Assembly: GCF_001194135.2 (NCBI RefSeq)
Contig: NC_068981.1
Location: 82,795,357 to 82,845,966 of the forward strand
DNA from: Octopus bimaculoides
Lineage: Eukaryota
DNA: 50,610 nt
Direction of reading: 5' to 3'
Position numbers and translations under genes: made by a program. Shown here piece after piece: positions 10,125 to 22,082 of this stretch. Position 1 is the first letter of the stretch. The number at the start of each line of letters is the position of its first letter. The notes below the pieces were generated by a model. That model made no database searches and was not told the DNA's origin. It saw only the letters and a list, made by a program, of their open reading frames with translations.

Positions 10125-12088
10125 GCGGTGAAAACAAATAACACTATCATAATGATAATTCACTTGTTTGCCACCAGGTTGACTTATATTTGGGGTAAGA
10201 TTTCTAGTGGTCCAATCTAGTGTTATATGGCGTAGAGTAAAATAGATTTCAAAGTTAGTCCGGCGTAATTTGGATCGATTTCCTCGTGATTCACTGTAAT
10301 CCGAGCGCAAATTTTAACTCACCGGGGGATAAGTGGAATGGAAGGTAATTTGAAATCGCTACACCGGCATAATTTGAGAAAAGAAAAGAAAATCACTTTT
10401 GACTTTGTTGGTATGGCTGTTTTATATGTTATGTGTCTTAGAATATAATCATTTAGTACTTGCTATTTCTAGCATAATAAACGACTAGAGGTAGACTACT
10501 CTTGAGTTTGTTTAAAAAAGATAAATTAAGACTGCGATAAAATATAGGAAGAATATTTACTGAGCGTGTGAGTATAATTAGACGAATAAAAAATACAAAG
10601 GAGAATTATGTGTAACAGATAAAAATTACACAAATTGAGAATCAAACGTGTAAATATCATTTAGCGGTGAGCACTAAACCGCCCGGAGGGCTGTCAATTT
10701 GCTGGTGTATGAAAGGACGGAAATGGTAAAAGTGAAAGAGAGAAGAAAAAGAGACGAAAATAGCACAAATAAAAAATGTAGATTGACGAGTCGAACAGAA
10801 TACAGAACTGACAGATGGATGCTTGGACCAATAAATACTTAGGACAAAAAAAACAAATTTGCTCCCCATACATAAAGAGAAAAAGATACAAAAGACAGAA
10901 TAAAAAGTGAATGCATTTTATTCATTTGGAAAAATAAAAAAAAGTAAATATCAACATATGCATATGTATGTATGTACGTATCCATGTGTATGTGTGTTTG
11001 TGTGTGTGTACGTGTGTACGTGCGTGTGCGAGTGTGTGTATGCATCTATATAACCAAATGAAAGCTGTGCACATAAATGAAATATATGCCAAACCAAACA
11101 TACGTATATACACGCACGCAAGCACGCATACATGCATGCGCGCGCGCACACATAAAATTCACACATACACACACACATACATACGCGTTGATAGCACCAA
11201 CAAAACCAAAGCAAAACGTCGAAGTAAAGGAAAGACAAATCTAGAATGTACTATAAAAAAAATGTCAAACTTCTTTTCAGCTGGAACAAGATAAATTAAT
11301 TTATATGAGAGCAGGTGGCAACTGATCAAAATGCCAGTCGGGATATTCCGGTCAAATAAAAGAGCTCAAAATTTATTCAAATCTATTTTAATGGACAAAC
11401 GGAGGGGAAAAAATTGGTTCTTTCATTTTATTGTATTATATATTTTACTGTCTGTGTGCTTTTTTTTTCATTTGTAGAAAAAAAAAAGAAAAACNNNNNN
11501 NNNNNNNNNNNNNNNNNNNNNNNNNNNNNNNNNNNNNNNNNNNNNNNNNNNNNNNNNNNNNNNNNNNNNNNNNNNNNNNNNNNNNNNNNNNNNNNNNNNN
11601 NNNNNNNNNNNNNNNNNNNNNNNNNNNNNNNNNNNNNNNNNNNNNNNNNNNNNNNNNNNNNNNNNNNNNNNNNNNNNNNNNNNNNNNNNNNNNNNNNNNN
11701 NNNNNNNNNNNNNNNNNNNNNNNNNNNNNNNNNNNNNNNNNNNNNNNNNNNNNNNNNNNNNNNNNNNNNNNNNNNNNNNNNNNNNNNNNNNNNNNNNNNN
11801 NNNNNNNNNNNNNNNNNNNNNNNNNNNNNNNNNNNNNNNNNNNNNNNNNNNNNNNNNNNNNNNNNNNNNNNNNNNNNNNNNNNNNNNNNNNNNNAACGTT
11901 TCACAAAATAAGAATATAAACACACAAATAAAATGACAACAACAAAAAAAATACTAGGAGAAAGCTATTGAGGAATTCGTTCAAACGCATACATACATGA
12001 ATTTATACGCAAATCCGATTCATGTAAAAATATTTATCTAGCGATGCATGTATGCATGTGTGTCTGTGTTCATCTCTACACGCGCACA

Positions 12089-12171
12089 CATACTCACACA
12101 TTTATATGTATACATACACACACACACGCGCACACACACACACGCATACTCACACATTTATATGTATACAT

Positions 12172-12190
<19 letters not shown>
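12089..12190. repeat. 56-bp-period tandem duplication inside CA-rich sequence
   Basis: catactcacacatttatatgtatacatacacacac occurs at 12089 and 12145. Confidence 0.85.
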
Positions 12191-12205
<15 letters not shown>

Positions 12206-13469
12206 GTATGTGGGCGCGCATGTGTGTGCATATGGGTGTAGTTCTTCAGCTTGTCCACAGCGCCAGTTAAAACAAGTAACACTAAAATTTTACTAATATT
12301 ACACACGCATACATGTGCATACATACATACATACATACAGACAGACAGACAGACATGTATACATGCACACATACGCACATATGTATGTATGAATAATCAC
12401 CTAATTTTCTCTAAAGGATATACAAATGTATAAAACAATAACTAATTTTACGAAAAGAACCACTTATTACTAGAGTTTAAGATGTACTGAATGTAAAAAT
12501 ATAAACAATAAACGTAATATAAAGATAAAAAATAAAAAGTGTCTGTCATTGCAAAGATTCACTTGAAACACACTTCTCGAACTTGGTGTTTTTATATGTA
12601 ATCAGCATTCTTGATATCTATCGTGGACCGCATCAAACTCTCAAACTATAGTCATACGTCGGTCAGATGTCATATCTTTTATACTATACTACACAAATGC
12701 TACGCACATGCACATACATACAAACGCACACAAACACACACACATGCACACATTCATACTCACGCTTCTGCAATTAACGGGCGAGCACTGCTATTAGTAT
12801 TTCCTTATTCATTACATTAAAAGTAAAGCCGATCCCGTGCGACGATTGCTGTTGCATGAAACCGGAATTGTGAGAAAAAAATTTGTTTACATGTAAGGAA
12901 CCATTCTATTTATTTTATACTTCATATCTACATTGATACCCGTCCAAAATTCATAATTGTAATCGATATTCAATCCTAGATTAACCTTTGTTTCTACATA
13001 ACTGTATATGTATAACTGCATATGTATAAACATATGTCTGAGGATATCTTTACTTAATTAAGCTGTTAACTACATCGTCTAATGTCATAAAATCTGAATA
13101 TTCCTACCTAGGTCATCTATAAAACGAAATATGTGTTATACATAGGATCATTGCGATCAACAGTCAATATATCATTCTACCCTGACAGTGATTTTTCTCG
13201 AAATTTAGCGAATCAAATGGACACAACTGTAGATTGCATGTATGTGTGCAGGTGAGTGTGTGCGCACCGTTGCGTGTGTGAGCGTGTATGAGGGTGCGTG
13301 TGTGCATGAATGTGTAGGCTTTGCAGCTACAAGGTTCATGGCTTGAACCGACTGCGTGGCTTTTGCAATTGCCACTTTCCGTAGTATAGACGAAAGTATT
13401 TAAGCATTAACTGTGCCCATTACTAACATACGTGTTGCGTGTGTATATATGTGTGCGTATTTGTATACA

Positions 13470-13500
<31 letters not shown>

Positions 13501-13684
13501 GTATATAATATATATAATATAACCAAAAGGATCGATTCTTGAAGAGTCTACATACCTTCACTGTCGTTTTTCCCTGCTATTTTGGTGATGATTTTTTGAG
13601 TTAGCTTACCAATTATTTTTGTTGGTAGTTAATTTATAATATATATATATATGCATGCAAATTTAGAGAAGTATACACGCATAC

Positions 13685-13892
13685 TCTGTCTGTTTTGGCT
13701 ATATGAAGTCTCTCGTCTAATTTACAAGTACATTTACGGGTATCAATCATCTTATCCAGAGGTTCTTTACCACAGCTGTACTCCTTCCATGAAGCTAGGA
13801 AGGACGTGAAATCTTCACTCCACCCATTGCATAGATTTATCCTGTTAGTCAAAGATACAGCCATTTCAAAGCCACATTTTGTCACATTGTTT
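13685..13892 (-). CDS. Candidate exon (NNVTKCGFEMAVSLTNRINLCNGWSEDFTSFLASWKEYSCGKEPLDKMIDTRKCTCKLDERLHIAKTDR), unknown protein
   Basis: Acceptor ctcttcatccag|, modest donor aga|gtatgc, 69 open codons of non-repetitive composition. No homology recognised. Confidence 0.2.
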
Positions 13893-14580
13893 CTGGATGA
13901 AGAGTGATTCATGTATATGTATATGTATGTATAAATGCTTGCATGTGAGAGTGTGACAATTCACGCTCACGCGCGCGCGTTTGGACTCTGTTAGAAACAC
14001 ACACATATCGATTTCTAACATTTATATAAGGCCACAATATATGGACAGGCGTTACATGAGTTCTGTATTCGACATGGGATAGCTGAACGGCGAGGATATC
14101 ATTTGCAGGATTTGAACTGGGTACTTAAAAGACTGGAACAATAACCCAATGCATTACTATCGGGATTCTACCCATGCACGGCGATTACGTGCACATTTTA
14201 AAACACACACAAATATACACATACATACACCCACACAAAACACACACACACACACACATACGTGCATGCACAGACATATAGGTTTGGGCTTCATATACGT
14301 GTAAGCGCGCGCAAGCATATTCGTATGCAGGTGCACGTTTTTATTAAACATGCAGATATGTGATTATGCGTTTTGTGTGATGCGTGTTTGACTGTACTTA
14401 AGTGTGTGTGTGCGTGTGTGTGTGCGTGTGCGTGCGCGTGCGGGTGTTGTGTGTGTGCGAGTGTTGTGTGTGTGTTTGTGTTTGTGTGTGTGGGCTTGTG
14501 TTTGTAATTATATTTCTGTTATATATGAGCTGAGTATCCGTTTCTATTTACTCCATATATAAATATATACATGTATATGC

Positions 14581-14645
<65 letters not shown>

Positions 14646-15222
14646 TACATCTGTAAACGTATGTTTTACTTATATTTCCAGTATGTTTGCAGATATTTTA
14701 TTACATTACATCATCTCTCAACACTATTACTTTAACTTCCGTCCTTGGCTTCCTCTTTGTCGCGCTTTCAGGGCATCTTATTTTCTTCATCTTATCCACT
14801 GTAACATCCTCCCTTCTCGTACAAGGTTCCGACGCTGGTCAATTCATCAAGTTTCCATTGACGTATTTCCTTTCTAACGCTGTTATCACTATACGATGTC
14901 CCCAGTACATAATGATAACACTTACTCTATATTTTCACTCCCAATTTCCTCCCATCATCGTTCCTTATTTATACTACATATGTTCCGTTTTGTTTTTTTA
15001 TCATGTGTTACATGCAATGCATACAGACATATGCATACAGGATTTTATGCATACAGACATAGCGAACGAGTTTGCAGTTTTTAACCCACCTCTTAACAGA
15101 CAGATGTAAAAGCATCGAATAATGAATATGAATTATTATACATAGTCACCATTGAGAAGCAAATATTATTTGGTAGCATGTAACATGCTCTTGCTAAACG
15201 TTATTAATACTTATGTAGCTAT

Positions 15223-15400
15223 GGAGACATGTGACATAGTGGTTAGGGTGTTGGATTCATGATCTTAGCATCGTGGTTTCGATTCCGCGAGATGCATTGT
15301 GCACTTGATCAAAACCCTTCATTTACCGTTGCTCATGTCAACTCAGCTAGCAAATGGTGATGTCGAGACAGGCGTGGCGAGCCAGTTAGAGATGGGGTAC
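15223..15400 (+). mobile_element. tRNA/CORE-like SINE family C
   Basis: Head catagtggttagggtg...gtttcgattcc, then ttgatcaaaacccttcatt...ctcagctagcaaa...tggtgatgtcgagacaggcgt, shared with the reverse complement of 19480-19600. Confidence 0.7.
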
Positions 15401-15563
15401 GTGAGAAAAAGAAAGATCGACGAGAAAAAGAGAAAGAGCGGAGAGAGAGAGAGACAGATAGAAAACGGTGAAACAGGGAGGGGAAGAAAATGGAATTAGA
15501 GAAGGACGTACATATATATATACGTATAAACATATAAATATGTATGTATGTATGTATGTACAT

Positions 15564-15632
<69 letters not shown>

Positions 15633-15982
15633 NNNNNNNNNNNNNNNNNNNNNNNNNNNNNNNNNNNNNNNNNNNNNNNNNNNNNNNNNNNNNNNNNNNN
15701 NNNNNNNNNNNNNNNNNNNNNNNNNNNNNNNNNNNNNNNNNNNNNNNNNNNNNNNNNNNNNNNNNNNNNNNNNNNNNNNNNNNNNNNNNNNNNNNNNNNN
15801 NNNNNNNNNNNNNNNNNNNNNNNNNNNNNNNNNNNNNNNNNNNNNNNNNNNNNNNNNNNNNNNNNNNNNNNNNNNNNNNNNNNNNNNNNNNNNNNNNNNN
15901 NNNNNNNNNNNNNNNNNNNNNNNNNNNNNNNNNNNNNNNNNNNNNNNNNNNNNNNNNNNTATATATATATTATATATATATA

Positions 15983-16045
<63 letters not shown>

Positions 16046-16203
16046 CACGACAGGCTTGTTTCAGTTTCTTTCTACCAAATCCACTCACAAGGCATTGGTT
16101 AGCCCGAGGCTATAGGAGAAGACACTTACCTAATGTCCCACACAGTGGAACTGAACCTAGAACCATGTGGATGGGAAGCAAGCTTCTTACCACGCAGTCA
16201 CGC
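16046..16203 (-). mobile_element. SINE family B, head plus CORE-like part
   Basis: Aligns with 35930-36062 (taccaaatccact.acaaggc.ttggt..gcccgaggctatag..gaag.cactt.cc.aa). Confidence 0.8.
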
Positions 16204-16412
16204 ATATATATATATATGCATATCTTAAAAATTGTAGTTGTGATACACCTTGGTGTTTTGTATTTATAGTGCACTTGAAGTAAATAAAGAAAATCTCCTT
16301 CACCTCCGCCGCCCTCCTCGCCCTTCCCCTTCTTATTTATTAACATTATTTTTTATTGTGCCACTTAAAAAAGTTGGACAGCTGTCGAGGAACAGCCTAC
16401 ACTAAATTTCAG

Positions 16413-16524
16413 TTTAATTAAGTCTGACCTGAAACAAACTGATGTGTTTCAATGTCTGTCTGCTGAAGCCAGCAAGCAATTAACATCGTATTTCGTTAAG
16501 TCTGCCATACTGATTGAAATCAAA
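16413..16524 (+). CDS. Candidate internal exon (LIKSDLKQTDVFQCLSAEASKQLTSYFVKSAILIEIK), unknown protein
   Basis: Acceptor aaatttcag|, donor aaa|gtaaga, 112 nt, phase 2 to 0, phase-compatible with 6679-6800. Confidence 0.28.
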
Positions 16525-16746
16525 GTAAGAATGGAAAGATAGCAATCTTACTATAACAGTGAGCACAACTTCAAATAAGATGGAAATGGCTGCCGTATTT
16601 GAACGATCGTGGTAGAAGAGAAAGATTGTATTACACCTAAGCACATACTCATATGTACATACATACGCGCACTTTCACACTTACAAACACACAAATTCAT
16701 ATGTACACACACATTAAAATAACTACTGAGTATATAAGGGAGGGTT

Positions 16747-16950
16747 AATAATACCAAGGCCTGGAATTGTGGAAAACTGGACTAGTCGATTTCTACGAGC
16801 CCAGTGCGTAACTGCATCTAATTTTTTTCGACCCCGAAATGTTGACAGGCAAAGTCGTCCGCTGTGGAAATTGAACACCGAACGTGAAGCGGTTGAAATA
16901 CCGCTAAGCATTTTGTCAGGTGAGCTAACTATTCTGCTAGCTCGCCACGT
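16747..16950 (-). mobile_element. SINE family A, diverged copy (one of a tandem pair)
   Basis: ccagtgcgtaactg...tcgaccccgaaa...ggcaaagtcg...ccgctaagcatttt...ttctgctagctcgcc. Confidence 0.7.
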
Positions 16951-16960
16951 TAGTATTAAT

Positions 16961-17177
16961 AATAATGATTTCAAATTTTGGCACAAGGTCAGCAATTTCG
17001 GGGGAGCGGTATGACGATTACATCGACTCCAGTGTTCAACTGGTATGTACTTTATCGACCTCAAAATAATGAAAGGTAAAGTCTACCACGGTGAAATTTA
17101 AACTCAGAACGTAAAGTGGACGAAATGCCGCTAAGCACTGTTCCAAGCATGCTAATGATTCTGCCAGATCACCGCCT
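16961..17177 (-). mobile_element. SINE family A (one of a tandem pair)
   Basis: tttcaaattttggcacaaggtcagcaatttc...aactggta...aactcagaacgta...gattctgccagatcaccgcc. Confidence 0.8.
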
Positions 17178-17185
17178 TAGGGTTG

Positions 17186-17186
17186 T

Positions 17187-17284
<98 letters not shown>
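17186..17284. repeat. (TAC)n(TAA)n microsatellite
   Basis: Read directly from the sequence. Confidence 0.95.
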
Positions 17285-17285
<1 letters not shown>

Positions 17286-18029
17286 ATGCGATATACCACA
17301 GTACACTTGCATTAAATTTCGTGTCACTGCCTTCCCACATAATCATAGGTTTTATTATAGGTTATAGCCTTATTTGGACATAGTATACTTGTCCAAAATA
17401 ATGTGTGCACATGTACAAATATAATGTAATTTACAATATTTAAATTATTTAATGCTTGATACATTTACAAAAATATGAACTATAAATTATAAACTAAAAA
17501 AACTGAGTAAGGCATACACGGAAAAAAACAGTTAAAACGAAGGATAACTAAAAATATTATACAAATAATGTTTGTTAGAAAGCAAACTTTTACAATTGGG
17601 TGCTTAAATATGATATTCATACAACCAAAAGACATATTAAAATCAACTGGCTAAACAAATAACAGCAAATACTAGGATATATTGTACAATTTTACACATT
17701 CGTTACTAAATTCTGTATTTTTAATTCTTTAGAATTTGGTAAGAATTTTACCCATGAGTGATTTTGAAATAAGCATTATCATGCCTGCGAGGAAATTTTC
17801 TAATTTTTGCAGAGAATGTTTGGATGAAAAATAAGGTGACGAACTCCAGATATCGCAATGCTATCGGACAAAGTAATGAAGTTAATGAAACTTGAGGATT
17901 ATACATCCATATATATATATTTTTTTTTTGTACATACGTACATACATACATACACACATTCACGTGCGCGCACACACACGTAAACACACGCATACATATG
18001 TATATATATATGAATATATGTAAATACTA

Positions 18030-18135
18030 GATCAAGTCAGAAAAATCCGAGGATATAGTTAAGGACACATGACGAAGGTGGCACGCAGTGGGACTGAACC
18101 GGCAGTCATGTGGTCTGCATCAGGCATCTCACTAA
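18030..18135 (-). mobile_element. Degenerate SINE family B head
   Basis: ccgaggatatagtt...gaaggtggcacgcagtgggactgaaccgg...catgtggt. Confidence 0.55.
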
Positions 18136-18335
18136 CTATAGACAATGTGATAGATGTTATACTATTTGCGATAAGAATAAAATAATTGCTGTGCTGCGGC
18201 CGGTTGCAACAGGTCTCTCTCTGTAGAAGCCACAACGAAAGTCTATTATTTTTTTATTACACAATTAAAGCCATTATTCCTGTTCAGAGAGGAGAATTAT
18301 AATGTGTACTAACAATTAACTGAGTAGACCAATAC

Positions 18336-18405
18336 CTGTCGGAAAACATGGAAGAAATTCTAGGAGAGATTAATTCCGGGTAGAAAAGATTTTGGTGCTG
18401 CGTTT
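18336..18405 (-). CDS. Candidate exon (TQHQNLFYPELISPRISSMFSD), unknown protein
   Basis: Pyrimidine-rich acceptor ...ctgcccctgtcag|, donor cag|gtattg, 70 nt, phase 1 to 2. Confidence 0.15.
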
Positions 18406-18664
18406 CTGACAGGGGCAGTATAGGTATGGGGTAGAGGAAATAAAACTCATGTGTATCTGCGAAACATGCCAAGGTGTTGCTTAGCATATTGGTCAGCAGT
18501 TGTAGTTACAATAAAAATATAGCAGAAGTGAAGTATCTGTCCGCTAGTAGCTGTAGTGCGTTGGTCAATAAATATCAGCCGATTATACGAACGACCTGTT
18601 ATCACGAAGTCAAGAATGTTCGCGTGGGTAGATGCAACACAATACTAAATATAAGGGCAACACA

Positions 18665-18905
18665 GTAATATTGATTTCAAATTTTGGCACCGTAGTATTG
18701 ATTTCAAATTTTGGCACAAAATTCGCAGTCGGCGTAAGTCGATCACATCGACCCCAATGCTTAAGTGATAATTATCTTTATCGACGCGGGACGGACGAAA
18801 GGCAAAGACGAACTCGGCGGAATTTGAACTAAAAACGTTAAGACAAACAAAATACCTGTAAGCGTTTTGCTCAGCGTGCTAACGTTGCTACCAGCTCGCC
18901 GCCTT
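18665..18905 (-). mobile_element. SINE family A with duplicated 3' terminus
   Basis: Head ccagctcgccgcctt at 18891-18905, B box region ggcggaatttgaact. The terminal 26-mer is present twice (18665-18690 and 18692-18717). Confidence 0.8.
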
Positions 18906-19479
18906 GGGAAACACTCTAATGCTAGTTTGCAAATGGCCAAAGGTAAAGTATTTTCTAGTCCTGGAAAGCAGTTATATTACTCGCATTGCATTTCCACGAA
19001 CATTCTCTTTGCGAATTTGATTTGAGCAATGAGAAAAGTATGTTGTCTCTTCGTTTAGTTCTAATTATGTGTTGTTCATATGTAAGACGAGTGAAGCGAT
19101 ATAATTATCTTGATATGTACAGGAATAGTGTTTAAGTTTTGCTTGAGGAAATAAGGCTGTCATATCACTAGTGAATGTCCCTGTTCATGAAAGTCGAGCA
19201 ACCTGGTGTGAAATGTCTACATTTACATGTGCATGACACATGTGTGTGAAAGGTTAAGAAGAGTTACAAGTCGCGTATTATGTACATGCGTACGTGAGGT
19301 TAGGCCTAACATCAAGTAGGTCATTAATGAAGAGTGTGGGAAACATAACGAAAACCTATTGTACAGCTGATGGCGTGTCGTTGAGAGCGAGTTCCAACAA
19401 GAATGGGAGGATCTGACAAGAAATATAACCGTTAAATCTCATTCGATAACTGACTCTACGCGTTTTTTTTTCTATTTTA

Positions 19480-19600
19480 GGTTGGTACACCATCTATCAC
19501 TGGCTCGCGACGCCTGTCTCGACATCACCATAGTACTCATTTTTGCTAGCTGAGTAAACATGAGCAACGAGAAATGAAGGATTTTGATCAGGAACACAAC
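19480..19600 (-). mobile_element. SINE family C fragment
   Basis: Reverse complement matches 15290-15400. Confidence 0.7.
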
Positions 19601-19879
19601 GCATCTTGGATGGATGTTTATATCCATGGATGGATCTTTAAACTTGAGTGAAATTGGGTTGATGGAAATTGTATAGAATTTCGTTGTATGTATTGTTAAT
19701 TTAAAATTAACGCTTTGTGTCACGTTAAATCTGCTATCAAATTACGTCGAGGGAGTACGTGTCTATTGAATGCAAGCTACTAACAGGAGCAGGTAATTCA
19801 GCAGAGAAACCATCCTCATCTTCATACGACGAAGAGCTAACACTACAATTATATAACGTATGAGCGTTCAGTTTTTGCC

Positions 19880-20128
19880 CACTAACCCTGCACAAATGAT
19901 TTGTTTATAGTGATCAAATGATTGTGCCACACATTAGCTCACTTTCTCCATCAAATCGACGTTGGTTGAACAAGTGCAGTGTGTGACACGCATCAGATGT
20001 TGAAATGATCGCAGAGCAGCGTGAGATAAAGTGATTTGTTCAAGAACACAACGCTCCACACTGTCTAGGAATTGAAATCATGATTTCGCGATTGTTAGAG
20101 CAACACCCTAACCATTAGGCCATGCGCG
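19880..20128 (-). mobile_element. tRNA/CORE-like SINE (family C-related, different 3' part)
   Basis: Minus strand gcgcatggcctaatggttagggtgttg...tttcaattcc...gcgttgtgttcttgaacaaatcactttat. Confidence 0.7.
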
Positions 20129-20156
20129 CTAACCACCAAATTATATACATTCATAA

Positions 20157-20372
20157 AAGCGGAGAGCTGGCAGAAACGTTACACGCAGGACGAAGTGCTT
20201 AGCAGTATTTCGCCCGTCGAAACTTTCTGAGTTCAAATTCCGTCGAGCTCGACTTTGCCTTTCATCCTTTCGGGGTCGATAAATTAAGTACCAGTTATAT
20301 ACTGGGGTTGATCAAATCAACTGGCCCCTTCACCCGAAATTTCAGGCTTGTGCCTATAGTAGAAAGGATTAT
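20157..20372 (+). mobile_element. SINE family A
   Basis: gagctggcagaaacgtt...gagttcaaattcc...gcctttcatcctttcggggtcgataaattaagtaccagt. Confidence 0.85.
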
Positions 20373-20711
20373 ATATATTCATACACATTTATATTCCCTT
20401 ATTGTATTTTTTCTAACTGCAATTTTCCATTCTACTTGTAAGTTGTCCTTCATGTCTAGTCCTTGTCTGTCCATCACCTCAGTGATATTCCCTCTATTAC
20501 TCGCGCATCTAGAGATGCAATAACATGGAATTTCAAGTGTATCATTGTCTTTCGTTCTTATTGCGTTAATCGTTTCCAGCTTCCATTTTGAATTGTCATA
20601 TACGCTTGTGTGTGCGCATGTATGTGAATATCTATATATTTGTATATATGCTTGTATATATGTATGTAAGCATGTGTATGTATATGTATGCACACATGCA
20701 TAGAGATGAAA

Positions 20712-20758
<47 letters not shown>

Positions 20759-21489
20759 NNNNNNNNNNNNNNNNNNNNNNNNNNNNNNNNNNNNNNNNNN
20801 NNNNNNNNNNNNNNNNNNNNNNNNNNNNNNNNNNNNNNNNNNNNNNNNNNNNNNNNNNNNNNNNNNNNNNNNNNNNNNNNNNNNNNNNNNNNNNNNNNNN
20901 NNNNNNNNNNNNNNNNNNNNNNNNNNNNNNNNNNNNNNNNNNNNNNNNNNNNNNNNNNNNNNNNNNNNNNNNNNNNNNNNNNNNNNNNNNNNNNNNNNNN
21001 NNNNNNNNNNNNNNNNNNNNNNNNNNNNNNNNNNNNNNNNNNNNNNNNNNNNNNNNNNNNNNNNNNNNNNNNNNNNNNNNNNNNNNNNNNNNNNNNNNNN
21101 NNNNNNNNNNNNNNNNNNNNNNNNNNNNNNNNNNNNNNNNNNNNNNNNNNNNNNNNNNNNNNNNNNNNNNNNNNNNNNNNNNNNNNNNNNNNNNNNNNNN
21201 NNNNNNNNNNNNNNNNNNNNNNNNNNNNNNNNNNNNNNNNNNNNNNNNNNNNNNNNNNNNNNNNNNNNNNNNNNNNNNNNNNNNNNNNNNNNNNNNNNNN
21301 NNNNNNNNNNNNNNNNNNNNNNNNNNNNNNNNNNNNNNNNNNNNNNNNNNNNNNNNNNNNNNNNNNNNNNNNNNNNNNNNNNNNNNNNNNNNNNNNNNNN
21401 NNNNNNNNNNNNNNNNNNNNNNNNNNNNNNNNNNNNNNNNNNNNNNNNNNNNNNNNNNNNNNNNNNNNNNNNNNNNNNNNNNNNNNNNN

Positions 21490-21521
<32 letters not shown>

Positions 21522-21525
<4 letters not shown>

Positions 21526-21843
21526 CAGCGGACTTGCGGTCGTTGGATCGCGGTTTCGATACCCAGAACGAGCGTTGTGAGTGTTTATTGAGCGAAAACA
21601 CCTAAAAGCTCCACGAGACTCCGGCAGTGGGTGGTGGCGAACCCTGCTGTAGTCTTTCACCACGACTTTCTTTCACCCTTTCTTCCTGTTTCTGTTTTAC
21701 CTGTATTTCTGTGTCACGCTGAATCTCCTCGAGAACTACGTTAAGGATACATATGTCTGCGGAGTGCTCAACCACTTGCACGAGTAGGCTGTTCCGTTGA
21801 TCAGATCAACTGGAACCCTTGTCGTCGTAACCGACGGAGTTTC
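21522..21843 (+). mobile_element. tRNA-derived SINE family D (5' end at gap/TA run)
   Basis: tRNA-like agggcagcggacttgcggtcgttggatcgcggtttcgatacccag, then CORE-like gtgtttattgagcgaaaacac; GC-rich block. Family assignment is from recall. Confidence 0.65.
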
Positions 21844-21844
21844 A

Positions 21845-21880
<36 letters not shown>

Positions 21881-21924
21881 TATATATGTATATTTATACG
21901 AATATATGTATGTATATGTATGTG

Positions 21925-21996
21925 AATATTTAGATATATATGTTTGCATATATGTGTGTAAATATTTAAATATATATGTTTGCATATATGTGTGTA
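21925..21996. repeat. 36-bp tandem duplication
   Basis: aatattta[g/a]atatatatgtttgcatatatgtgtgta twice. Confidence 0.9.
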
Positions 21997-22038
21997 AATA
22001 TATGTTATATGTGAATATTCATCCCTGTACATACGCGC

Positions 22039-22082
<44 letters not shown>

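Noticed and set aside
14687-15109. 140-aa hydrophobic ORF suggesting a membrane protein
   Set aside because: The hydrophobicity reflects a pyrimidine-rich strand. It has a non-ATG start, no recognisable motif and no convincing donor site.
19460-19550. Very strong plus-strand acceptor (ttttttttctattttag|) suggesting an exon at 19481
   Set aside because: The downstream sequence is an antisense SINE family C copy (matches 15290-15400) and all frames stop within about 72 nt. Exonisation is possible but unsupported.
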